64,000 nt of DNA from Betaproteobacteria bacterium (GTDB lineage: Bacteria > Pseudomonadota > Gammaproteobacteria > Burkholderiales > CAIKXV01), in contig CANHBC010000001.1 of NCBI GenBank assembly GCA_947458835.1, forward strand, positions 11,854 to 75,853, given 5' to 3'. The stretch's first letter is position 1, and each line of letters starts with the position of its first letter. The position numbers were made by a program, and so were the translations under genes. Under the pieces are notes generated by a model. It did no database searches and had not been told where the DNA came from. It was given only the letters and a program-made list of their open reading frames with translations. Of this stretch, positions 56,131 through 64,000 are shown one piece after another.

Positions 56131-57417
56131 TTACTTCGACGGTGCCGAGGTCGGTGCCGGGGCAGGAGCCGCCGGGGCCGCAGCCGGTGCGGCGGCGGGA
56201 GCCGGATTCGCCGCAGGCGCCGGGGCCGGGGCGCCGCCAATGGTCTCGAGTGCGACCCACGTATCGCCCTTCACCACGTACATCGTCACGCCGCCGGCCT
56301 TGATGTCGCCCTTCTCGTCGAACGAGAGGTTTCCGGTCACGCCCTGGCGGTCGATCTTCGCCAGCGCCTCGAGGATCTTCGCCGGCGCAGCGGAGCCGGC
56401 CGCCTTGATCGCGTCGATGACCGTCCAGGTCGCGTCATAGGCAAGCGGGGCGTAGATCTGGATCTCGCCGAACTTCGCCTTGAACCTCGATGCGAAGGCT
56501 TCGCCGCCGGGCATCTTCTCGACCGGCAGGCCGGGCGAGGAAGCGATCACGCCCTGGGCTGCTGCGCCGGCCAGCTTGATGAACTGCGCGCTCTGGGCGC
56601 CGTCGCCTCCGAGCAGCTTGACGCCGAGCCGCAGCGTGCGGACCTGTTCGGCCATCGGACCGAACTGTGCGTCCATGCCGCCAAAGAACACCAGGTCGGG
56701 CTTCTTGCCGCGCAGCGAGGTCAGGATGGCGCGGAAGTCAGTCGCCTTGTCGTTCGTGTACTCGCGTCCCACGATGGTGCCGCCGGCTGCCTTCGCTGCC
56801 TTCTCGAACTCGTCGGCCAGCCCCTGGCCGTACGCGGTCCGGTCATCGATGATCGCGATGCGCTTGCTGGCCAGTTGCCGGACCGCGTACTCGCCGAGTG
56901 CCTTGCCCTGCTGCAGGTCGTTGGCGATCACGCGGAACGTGGTCCTGAAGCCCTGCCCGGTATAGGCGACGGCGGTCGCAGACGGCGACACCTGCGGGAT
57001 GCCGGCGTCGCTGTAGATGCGCGAGGCGGGGATGCTCGCCCCGGAATTCATGTGGCCCACCACCGCCACCACCTTCTTGTCGACGAACGACTGCGCGACC
57101 ACCGTGGCCTTGGTGCCGGAGGCTTCGTCGTCCTCGACCGCCAGCTCGAACCGGACCCTCGCGCCGCCGATCATGATGTTCGCCGCGTTGGCTTCCTCGA
57201 CCGCCAGTCGGGCCCCGTTCTCGACGTCCTTGCCCAGATGCGCCTGCGGACCGGTCAGCGGCGCGGACACGCCGATCGTCACGGTGACTTCGGCGGGCGG
57301 CTTCGGTGCCTCCGCGACCGGCTTGGGCGGCTCTTCCTTGCTGCAGCCGGCAACGATCAGTGCGGCGGTCGCGGCCAGCGCGAACGTGCGCGCCACGCGG
57401 TGGAACAGTCGGGCCAT
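56131..57417 (-). CDS. livK: Branched-chain amino-acid ABC transporter substrate-binding lipoprotein (LivK family)
   Basis: Trimmed to MARLFHRV...LIVAGC (lipobox) at 57417, with AGGAGA as SD. It has a type-I periplasmic binding fold and a C-terminal Pro/Ala tail of about 35 aa. Confidence 0.88.
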   Translation of the reverse strand: MARLFHRVARTFALAATAALIVAGCSKEEPPKPVAEAPKPPAEVTVTIGVSAPLTGPQAHLGKDVENGARLAVEEANAANIMIGGARVRFELAVEDDEASGTKATVVAQSFVDKKVVAVVGHMNSGASIPASRIYSDAGIPQVSPSATAVAYTGQGFRTTFRVIANDLQQGKALGEYAVRQLASKRIAIIDDRTAYGQGLADEFEKAAKAAGGTIVGREYTNDKATDFRAILTSLRGKKPDLVFFGGMDAQFGPMAEQVRTLRLGVKLLGGDGAQSAQFIKLAGAAAQGVIASSPGLPVEKMPGGEAFASRFKAKFGEIQIYAPLAYDATWTVIDAIKAAGSAAPAKILEALAKIDRQGVTGNLSFDEKGDIKAGGVTMYVVKGDTWVALETIGGAPAPAPAANPAPAAAPAAAPAAPAPAPTSAPSK

Positions 57418-57456
57418 CTTCTTCTCCTGGGGGGGCAGCCGGTGGGCGGGAGCCGC

Positions 57457-57485
57457 ATTATCGCCCTGCGGCAGCATGCCGAGAA
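57457..57485 (-). promoter_or_regulatory. Sigma70-like promoter candidate for the liv operon (TTCTCG-N17-GATAAT)
   Basis: On the minus strand the -35 is at 57485-57480 and the -10 at 57462-57457. It lies downstream of the cytochrome c551 terminator and about 40 nt upstream of the livK ATG. Confidence 0.4.
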
Positions 57486-57512
57486 GGGGCTGGTCCGGCT
57501 GCTGACGGTCCC

Positions 57513-57543
57513 GGAAAGAAAAAAGCCGGCGTTGGGCCGGCTT
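57513..57543 (-). terminator. Rho-independent terminator of the cytochrome c551 gene
   Basis: The minus strand reads AAGCCGGC-CCAAC-GCCGGCTT followed by TTTTCTTTCC. It begins 25 nt after the TAA stop. Confidence 0.8.
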
Positions 57544-57568
57544 CGAAGGGTGTCCGTGTTCGGGACTA

Positions 57569-57919
57569 TTACTTGATCGTCATGATGTAGCGCACCATCG
57601 AGCGGATATCCGCCTCGGCGATATGCTTGTGCGGAGGCATCGGGATCTGGCCCCAGACGCCGCCGCCACCGTTCACGACGTGTGCTACCACCTTGTCTTC
57701 CGCGCCCTTGACGCCTGCGTACTTCTTGGCGACATCGGCGTAGGACGGGCCGACGACCTTCTTGTCCGCGGCGTGGCAGGCGAGGCATCCGCTCTTGGCG
57801 AGCAGATCCTTGCCGGAAGCCGGGCTCGCGGGCGCCGCCTTGGCCTGAGCAAAGGCACCGGACACGGCGCCGGCGGACAGCATCGCGGCAACCGCGATCG
57901 AACCAACCCAGTTCTTCAT
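57569..57919 (-). CDS. Class I monohaem cytochrome c (c551/c8 type)
   Basis: 116 aa with a signal peptide, the haem site CLACH and the Met-ligand region GVWGQIPMPP. It is collinear with Pseudomonas cytochrome c551. Confidence 0.92.
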   Translation of the reverse strand: MKNWVGSIAVAAMLSAGAVSGAFAQAKAAPASPASGKDLLAKSGCLACHAADKKVVGPSYADVAKKYAGVKGAEDKVVAHVVNGGGGVWGQIPMPPHKHIAEADIRSMVRYIMTIK

Positions 57920-58055
57920 CAGAAATCTCCGGAATGAAACCCGCGAAAGTATATCCGACGCGGTCGTGTCGGCGGGATTGCCAACAGGATGCCCATCAGT
58001 AACGTCCGGGCCTGCCAGTCGTTGACGGCGGCAGGGGCGGGCCGGAGCCCGGTGT

Positions 58056-59012
58056 TCAGAGCTCGCTCAGCATGCGCTCGTAGATGAACAGCTGCAGCGC
58101 GTTACGCTGCGGCTTCGGCAACTCGGCGAACTCCAGGCCGCAGGCGCGGAAGTGGCTGGACGCCTCTTCCGGGTCACGCGCGTTGCGGATCGCGCCCGGC
58201 ACGTCGAAGGTGAGCGGCTCGCCGCCCACCTGCAGGCGGAAGGCCACCTCGACCGCGGTACCGACGACCGCCATTTCACGCGGCACGAGCACCAGCATGC
58301 CGGCGATGCTCAGGTCTTTGACGTTGCAGGCCACGCGCGCGCGCTCCCCGGCGCGCCCGACCGAAGCGACCGCGTTGATCATGATCCGGTGCGCCTTGCG
58401 CACGGTCGTGCAGCGCACCTGGCCCGGGAACGTCAGGTGCAGGTAAGGGTAGGGCGCCAGCTGGCATTTCAGGACGGAAGTGTCGAAGCTGTAGGCGAAC
58501 TTGCCGCGCAGCGCCTTGATCTTCACCTGCTGGCCTTCGCGCAGGTGGGTCATGCGGCCGTCGACGACCGGGTGGCTGACCAGCAGGCTGCGCTTGTCCA
58601 CTGCACCGATCAGCCGGATCGGATAGCGGTCCGCGCTCCCGTCGTCGAAGCGCAGCTGCATCGGGTCGCCCATGCGCAGCGTGGTCTCCAGGAACGGGAC
58701 CAGGGTGCCCTCGCCCAGGTCGGCCGCGGCAACCGCGACCGGCAGGCTGTCGACGGCCGGCCGCCGCTCCTCGCTTTCGTTCGCGGCGATGCGTGGGCCC
58801 ATCACCGAGGGCCGGTAGAGCAGCCCGCGGGCGCTGCCCGCCGGTTTCGACTCGTCGCTGAACATGCCCTGCTCGCGCAGGACATGCAGGACGGTTTCCG
58901 ATTCGACGACGCAGCCGTGGCCGAGCAGCAGTACCCGGTCCTTGTCGTAGACCGAGTAGGGAATGGGCTTGCCGAGCTGCAGGTCTTCCTTGCGCAGCGG
59001 TAGGAGTGGCAT
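58056..59012 (-). CDS. PilZ-domain c-di-GMP-binding protein with an extended N-terminal region
   Basis: 318 aa. The C-terminal PilZ motifs are RKAHR (RxxxR) and DLSIAGM (DxSxxG). The N-terminal part, about 200 aa, is unassigned. Confidence 0.75.
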   Translation of the reverse strand: MPLLPLRKEDLQLGKPIPYSVYDKDRVLLLGHGCVVESETVLHVLREQGMFSDESKPAGSARGLLYRPSVMGPRIAANESEERRPAVDSLPVAVAAADLGEGTLVPFLETTLRMGDPMQLRFDDGSADRYPIRLIGAVDKRSLLVSHPVVDGRMTHLREGQQVKIKALRGKFAYSFDTSVLKCQLAPYPYLHLTFPGQVRCTTVRKAHRIMINAVASVGRAGERARVACNVKDLSIAGMLVLVPREMAVVGTAVEVAFRLQVGGEPLTFDVPGAIRNARDPEEASSHFRACGLEFAELPKPQRNALQLFIYERMLSEL

Positions 59013-59134
59013 GGTCAGGGGTCCGGAAACTGCCGAGACCCCAGATAACGGCGAAAGCCGATCCGAACTTTAGCGGACCCGTGCCACTCCGACGGCGTGC
59101 CGACCCGGCCGCGCGGCCGGTCGGCACCCGTGGA

Positions 59135-60817
59135 TCACTCGGTGCGGTCGGTCACCGCGCCGCGGCTGGCCGTGGAGACCAGCCGGTAGAACTTGCCCAT
59201 CAGGCCCTTGGTGAAGCGCGGCGGCGGCGGCGTCCAGGCGGCCTTGCGACGGGCGATCTCGGCGTCGTCGACGTTGAGCTGGATCAGCAGTCGGTCGGCA
59301 TCGATGGTGATCGAGTCGCCTTCGTGCACGAAGGCGATCGGCCCGCCCACCTGCGCTTCCGGCGAGATGTGGCCGACCACCATGCCCCAGGTGCCGCCGG
59401 AGAACCGGCCGTCGGTGATCAGGCCGACCGAATCGCCCAGGCCCTGGCCGATCAGCGCACCGGTCGGCGCGAGCATCTCCTGCATGCCCGGGCCGCCCTT
59501 GGGTCCCTCGTAGCGGATCACCACCACGTCGCCGGCGTTGATCTTGCGTGCCATGATGGCTTCCATCACCTCGTTCTCGGAATCGAACACCCGTGCCGGG
59601 CCGGTGATGTGTCGCTGCTTCAGGCCGGTGATCTTGGCCACGCAGCCTTCGGGCGACAGGTTGCCCTTCAGGATTGCGAGGTGCCCGTCCGGGTACAGCG
59701 GGTTGTCCCAGGCGCGGATCACGTCCTGGTCTTCCCGGCGGGTGGTCGGGTGCAGCGCGAGTTCCTCTGCCATCGTGCGGCCGGTGATAGTCATGCAGTC
59801 GCCGTGCAGCAACCCGTGGTCGAGCAACATCTTCAGCACCACCGGCACGCCGCCGGCGCGATGGAAGTCAGCGGCCACGTACTTGCCGGAGGGCTTCAGG
59901 TCGCACAGCACCGGCACCTTGCGCCGGACCCGCTCGAAGTCGTCGATCGTCCACTCGACCTCTGCGGCCGAGGCGATCGCGAGGAAGTGCAGCACCGCAT
60001 TGGTCGAGCCACCGGTGGCCATGATCACCGACACTGCGTTCTCGATCGACTCGCGGGTGATGATGTCGCGCGGGCGCAGATTGCGACCGATCGCCTGCAC
60101 CAGCACTTCCGCCGACTGCGCGGCGGAGTCGGCCTTCTCCGGGTCGGGCGAGGAGATCTGCGAGGAGCCGAGCAGGCTCATGCCCAGCGCCTCGAACGAC
60201 GAGGACATGGTGTTGGCGGTGTACATGCCGCCGCAGGCGCCGACCGTCGGGCAGGCGTTCTTCTCGATGCCGATGAAGTCTTCCTCGGACATCTTGCCGG
60301 CGGTGAACGCGCCGACGGCCTCGAAGGCGGAGACGATGGTCAGGTCCTCGCCCTTCCAGCGGCCCGGCTTGATCGTGCCGGCATAGACGAAGATCCCGGG
60401 CACGTTCATGCGCGCCATCGCGATCATGCAGCCAGGCATGTTCTTGTCGCAGCCGCCGAAGGTGACCACGCCATCCATCAGTTGGCCGTTGACGGAGCAC
60501 TCGATCGCATCGGCGATGACCTCGCGCGACACCAGCGAATACTTCATGCCGTCGGTGCCCATGCCGATGCCGTCGGTGATGGTCGGGACGCCGAACATCT
60601 GCGGCATCGCCCCAGCCTTCTTCAGCGCGGCGGTGGCGCGGTCGACCAGTGGCTGGATCCCGGCGTTGCAGGGGTTCATCGTCGAATGCGCGTTGGCCAC
60701 GCCGACGATCGGCTTGCTGAAGTCGCCGTCCCCGAAGCCGACTGCGCGCAGCATCGCGCGGTTGGGGCTGCGGGCGACCCCTGCGGTGATCAGTTTCGAG
60801 CGCCAGTTCTCTGCCAT
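59135..60817 (-). CDS. ilvD: Dihydroxy-acid dehydratase
   Basis: Trimmed to [13 protein letters not shown] at 60817 (SD GAGGAAG). Motifs are [30 protein letters not shown] and DGRFSGG. Length is 560 aa. Confidence 0.94.
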   Translation of the reverse strand: MAENWRSKLITAGVARSPNRAMLRAVGFGDGDFSKPIVGVANAHSTMNPCNAGIQPLVDRATAALKKAGAMPQMFGVPTITDGIGMGTDGMKYSLVSREVIADAIECSVNGQLMDGVVTFGGCDKNMPGCMIAMARMNVPGIFVYAGTIKPGRWKGEDLTIVSAFEAVGAFTAGKMSEEDFIGIEKNACPTVGACGGMYTANTMSSSFEALGMSLLGSSQISSPDPEKADSAAQSAEVLVQAIGRNLRPRDIITRESIENAVSVIMATGGSTNAVLHFLAIASAAEVEWTIDDFERVRRKVPVLCDLKPSGKYVAADFHRAGGVPVVLKMLLDHGLLHGDCMTITGRTMAEELALHPTTRREDQDVIRAWDNPLYPDGHLAILKGNLSPEGCVAKITGLKQRHITGPARVFDSENEVMEAIMARKINAGDVVVIRYEGPKGGPGMQEMLAPTGALIGQGLGDSVGLITDGRFSGGTWGMVVGHISPEAQVGGPIAFVHEGDSITIDADRLLIQLNVDDAEIARRKAAWTPPPPRFTKGLMGKFYRLVSTASRGAVTDRTE

Positions 60818-60986
60818 CGGTCTTCCTCGTTCGGTGTCCCGTCCGGCCGCGGCGTGCCCGTGTCGGCACGCATCGCCAGCGGACGTGCGGACGCGGATAA
60901 TAGCAGCGCCCGCGCCGCCACCGGCACGCTTCGGCTGGCGCACGGGCGGCGCCGCGGGACGATTGTCCGACAGCTGGCCCGATCCC

Positions 60987-61008
60987 GGTGGGATACCGGT
61001 GGGATACC
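60987..61008 (+). repeat. Perfect 11-bp tandem duplication GGTGGGATACC x2, ending 8 nt upstream of the lgt start codon
   Basis: Read directly: CCC GGTGGGATACC GGTGGGATACC ATCGGCCC ATG. Confidence 0.9.
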
Positions 61009-61016
61009 ATCGGCCC

Positions 61017-61829
61017 ATGTTCGTGTTCCCCGATTTCGATCCCATCGCCCTGCAGGTCGGCCCGCTTGCCATCCGCTGGTACGGCCTGATGTACCTGCTC
61101 GCCTTCGGATTGTTCCTTGTGCTGGGCAAGCAGCGCGCGAAGGCCGAGCCGCGCTGGGGGATCGCCCCCGCGCAGGTCGATGACCTGCTGTTCTACGGCG
61201 TGCTCGGCGTGGTGCTCGGCGGCCGGCTCGGCTACATCCTGTTCTACAAGCCGGGCGAGTACCTGGCCGACCCGATCAGCGTGCTCTATGTCTGGCAGGG
61301 CGGCATGTCGTTCCACGGCGGGCTGTGCGGCGTGCTGGTCGCGACCTGGCTCTACGCGCGGTCGATCGGCATGCGCTGGCTGCAGCTCACCGACTTCGTC
61401 GCGCCGCTGGTGCCGCTGGGACTGGCTGCCGGCCGGATGGGCAACTTCATCAACGGCGAACTCTGGGGGCGTCCGACCGACGTGGCCTGGGGGATGATCT
61501 TCCCCTACGTCGACCACCTGCCGCGACACCCTTCCCAGCTCTACCAGTTCGCGCTGGAAGGGGTCGCCCTTTACGCGCTGCTGGCCTGGGTTTCCCGACG
61601 CCCAAGGCCGCGCGGGCTGGTGTCGGGCCTGTTCCTGGCCGGCTACGCCGTGTTCCGCTTCCTGGCCGAGTTCGCCCGGGAACCCGACGCTTTCCTGGGC
61701 ACGCTCGGCTTCGGGCTGACCATGGGCCAGTGGCTGAGCCTGCCGATGGCGGCCGTCGGGGGGGCGATGGTCGTGGTTGCGATGCGTCGCCCGCCCGAGA
61801 CCGAGCCCGCGGCACCGGCCGCGAGCTGA
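61017..61829 (+). CDS. lgt: Prolipoprotein diacylglyceryl transferase
   Basis: The start is the ATG at 61017. Motifs are [32 protein letters not shown] and [16 protein letters not shown]. Confidence 0.94.
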   Translation: MFVFPDFDPIALQVGPLAIRWYGLMYLLAFGLFLVLGKQRAKAEPRWGIAPAQVDDLLFYGVLGVVLGGRLGYILFYKPGEYLADPISVLYVWQGGMSFHGGLCGVLVATWLYARSIGMRWLQLTDFVAPLVPLGLAAGRMGNFINGELWGRPTDVAWGMIFPYVDHLPRHPSQLYQFALEGVALYALLAWVSRRPRPRGLVSGLFLAGYAVFRFLAEFAREPDAFLGTLGFGLTMGQWLSLPMAAVGGAMVVVAMRRPPETEPAAPAAS

Positions 61830-61861
61830 CCCGGCAGCCGGGGGGGCGGGGCCGCGCAGCG

Positions 61862-62626
61862 CTACTGCAGCAAGCCCGGGGCGGGCGCGGTGGCCGGCTC
61901 CATGGCCGCAGCACGGTCGGAGAGCCGGCGGAAGTTCTCCAGCGACAGCAGGTGCGAGTACAGCCGCGACAGGATGCCCTTGCGCGCGAGGTCCTGCAGG
62001 GTGGCCGGATCGAGGTCGTTCAGCTTGTTCTCGTTGACGCGGTACATGCCGGTCAGCTGCAGGGTGGCCCCGCTGGACAGCGAGGCCTGCATGTTGAACG
62101 GCTCGAGCAGGCCGAGCCCAGCCACGACCTTGCACAGTTCCTCGCTGCGCACCAGGTCGGTCTCGTACTCCTGGAGCAGCTTCTCGAGCCCTTGCCACTC
62201 GGCGGTGGGGGTGCCGGCAGCGTCGAACAACGCATCGCCCTCGGGCACCACGGCGGTCTTTGCCACGCACACCACCCGCTCGTCGCGCTGGGCGTTGTCG
62301 ACCGCCACCTTGGCCATGCAGAAGGGATAGCGCCGGACGTACGCCGGCATGTAGACCGAGCGGTCCCAGCCGATGGCCGAGACGAACAGGTTCTGCTTCG
62401 CCTTCAGGCCGAGGATGGCCATCGACATGAAGGTGGCGCCGTTGTCGGCCGACACGAATACGATCGGGTAGTCGCGCTGGGCGACCGGGATCTCGGTGTA
62501 GGACACGGGGATCACGTGCAGGTCGCGGCAGAAGGCGGGCGTCTCGCCGGCCTTGGACAGCCGCACGCGGTCGGTCTTCTTGAGCGTATCGATCTCGGGA
62601 TAGGCGAAGGGGGGAGTGATCTGCAT
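61862..62626 (-). CDS. SapC-family protein (function unknown)
   Basis: Trimmed to MQITPPF at 62626. The DYPIVF and VRRYPF blocks are typical of the SapC family as I recall it. Confidence 0.7.
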   Translation of the reverse strand: MQITPPFAYPEIDTLKKTDRVRLSKAGETPAFCRDLHVIPVSYTEIPVAQRDYPIVFVSADNGATFMSMAILGLKAKQNLFVSAIGWDRSVYMPAYVRRYPFCMAKVAVDNAQRDERVVCVAKTAVVPEGDALFDAAGTPTAEWQGLEKLLQEYETDLVRSEELCKVVAGLGLLEPFNMQASLSSGATLQLTGMYRVNENKLNDLDPATLQDLARKGILSRLYSHLLSLENFRRLSDRAAAMEPATAPAPGLLQ

Positions 62627-62699
62627 GGGTCGGGGCAGTTCAAGGGTAGGGCTGGTGCCCGGGGAGCCAAAGTATACGGACTGTCCGAATACATACCGG

Positions 62700-62728
62700 T
62701 TCACCGCTGCACGGGTTTCAGGCATAAT
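62700..62728 (+). promoter_or_regulatory. Sigma70-like promoter candidate for tRNA-Ala (TTCACC-N17-CATAAT)
   Basis: The -35 is at 62700-62705 and the -10 at 62723-62728, about 60 nt upstream of the tRNA 5' end. Confidence 0.4.
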
Positions 62729-62789
62729 TTGCCCCGCCGGTACCGGACAGGGCCTTTTTGGGCGGTCTCATCGTTCCGTACCGGCCCGT

Positions 62790-62865
<76 letters not shown>

Positions 62866-62913
62866 CCCTTTCCCCTGCCTCGTCCTCGACCCCGTGCCGC
62901 ACAGGGTAGTCGG

Positions 62914-63615
62914 TCAGCCGGGAAATTCCCGCTCTGCAGCGGCCAGCGCAGCGGGAGTGCCGATGTCGCGCAGGTAGCCGTCGTTCGGATGGGCGACGAT
63001 GCGGCCTACGAACCGTGGGAGCACTTCCGTGCTCAAGTCGATCACTGGACGACCGAGTTCGGCCAGGAAGTCGATCACTGTCGGCTCGAGGATGTAGACC
63101 GCGCCGTTGGCGACGCGCCCTGGAGGGGTGCGTACCTTCTCGTGAAACGCAACCACGCGGCCCTCGACGTCCAGCTCCACGATGCCGCACGATTCAGGGG
63201 TGTCGGTGACGAAGGTCATCATCGTCATCTGCACGCCGGGGGGGCGCGCCGCGTGGGCGGCCGCGAACTTGCGGACGTCGAACGTGCACAGATTGTCTGC
63301 ATGCGCGACCAGCAGCGGATCGCCGGCCAGTTCCGCACGATTTGCGAGAAGCGTGCCCCCGGTGCCGAGCAACTCCGGCTCATGAACCAGCGTCGTCCGC
63401 GCTGCCCAGCGCGACGCGCGGACATGCGCCGCGACTTTCGCCGCGAGATAATGGGTGTTGATCCATGCATGATCGACGCTGCCGCCGTCCAGCAGCATGT
63501 CCAGCCAGTAGTCGAGCAGCGGGCGGCCGTGGATCGGCACCAGGCACTTGGGCGTATGTTCCGTAAGCGGCCGCAGGCGGGTGCCTAAGCCCGCTGCCAG
63601 CAGCAGGGCTTTCAA
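62914..63615 (-). CDS. Sugar-phosphate nucleotidyltransferase (RmlA/GlmU-like NTP-transferase fold)
   Basis: The TTG at 63615 forms a TTGA overlap with the upstream kinase stop, and GGAG lies 8 nt upstream. The N-terminal LKALLLAAGLGTRLRPLTEHTPKCLV is the NTP-transferase signature. Sugar specificity was not determined. Confidence 0.8.
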   Translation of the reverse strand: MKALLLAAGLGTRLRPLTEHTPKCLVPIHGRPLLDYWLDMLLDGGSVDHAWINTHYLAAKVAAHVRASRWAARTTLVHEPELLGTGGTLLANRAELAGDPLLVAHADNLCTFDVRKFAAAHAARPPGVQMTMMTFVTDTPESCGIVELDVEGRVVAFHEKVRTPPGRVANGAVYILEPTVIDFLAELGRPVIDLSTEVLPRFVGRIVAHPNDGYLRDIGTPAALAAAEREFPG

Positions 63616-64000
63616 AGAGACAACTCCAGTGCCAGTTCTTCGGCGGTCAGTGGCAGGTTGCCGACGCGGCTGACCTGGCAGGCTGCCGCGATCGATCCCA
63701 AGTAGGCCGCTTTCCAGATGTCGGGTTTGACTGCCAGCGCCATCGCGGTGCAGATCAGGAGGCAATCCCCCGCCCCGGATACATCCTTCGGGGCAGTGTT
63801 GAAGGCGGGTAGCTGATCGGTTTCCCGCGCGTCGCCCGAAGTCGTGCGGGCGTGGACAAGAAGGCCTTCTGCGCCCATTGTGACCAACACATGGTCGGCT
63901 CTTGCCTTCACGCACAGCGAATCGGCCAGCACGACCAGGCCGGATGAAAAGTCCTGCATGGCGAGTCGCGCTTCTCGCTCGGTCGGCTTCAACAGATGCA
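63612..64000 (-). CDS. PfkB/ribokinase-family sugar kinase (C-terminal part only; 5' end beyond the right edge)
   Basis: It has the PfkB signature-2 region PKDVSGAGDCLLICTAMALA. The reading frame is open to the window edge. Confidence 0.75.
   Translation of the reverse strand, partial: HLLKPTEREARLAMQDFSSGLVVLADSLCVKARADHVLVTMGAEGLLVHARTTSGDARETDQLPAFNTAPKDVSGAGDCLLICTAMALAVKPDIWKAAYLGSIAAACQVSRVGNLPLTAEELALELSL

Noticed and set aside
62866-64000. A genomic island integrated at tRNA-Ala
   Set aside because: There is no integrase, no repeated copy of the tRNA 3' end, and no obvious compositional break within the visible 1.1 kb. This cannot be excluded beyond the window edge.

Overview
The window is a high-GC proteobacterial chromosomal segment with beta/gamma-proteobacterial synteny, densely packed with core genes. 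I found no CRISPR array, IS element, integrase or prophage. Right to left on the minus strand lie the classic block pilMNOPQ-aroK-aroB-dgt-gltB-gltD-hemE-priA, with mrcA (PBP1a) divergent from pilM. Next come hemB, engB/cytochrome c4, hemL-thiE-thiD and rubredoxin-gloA. These are followed by lptD-surA-pdxA-rsmA, divergent from amgK-murU-pepP-ubiH, then dusB-fis-purH-purD-hemF. The right part holds yqaA, the livKHMGF ABC transporter, cytochrome c551, a PilZ protein, ilvD, lgt, a SapC-family gene and tRNA-Ala(CGC). It ends with the start of a sugar-activation locus (NTP-transferase plus PfkB kinase, truncated by the window edge). The one clearly non-housekeeping region is 44.1-51.8 kb. It is a four-gene minus-strand operon made of two tandem paralogous modules. 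Each module pairs a membrane histidine kinase that has no DNA-binding partner with a fusion protein of a Hanks-type Ser/Thr kinase and two receiver domains. This implies His-Asp phosphotransfer feeding directly into Ser/Thr phosphorylation, and it is my best candidate for an uncharacterised system. Secondary observations follow:
- a structured, terminator-ended sRNA candidate divergent from hemB (anti-hemB-like);
- paired DnaA boxes at the priA 5' end;
- three conserved genes (priA, rsmA, livH) whose conserved N-termini lack a canonical start codon;
- short tandem repeats in the pilM/mrcA and ilvD/lgt promoter regions;
- a possible regulatory leader in front of purD.
The ORF track prints M for GTG and TTG starts and always takes the longest ORF, so many starts were trimmed using conserved N-termini, SD sequences and stop/start overlaps. 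The many long ORFs antisense to real genes are GC artefacts.
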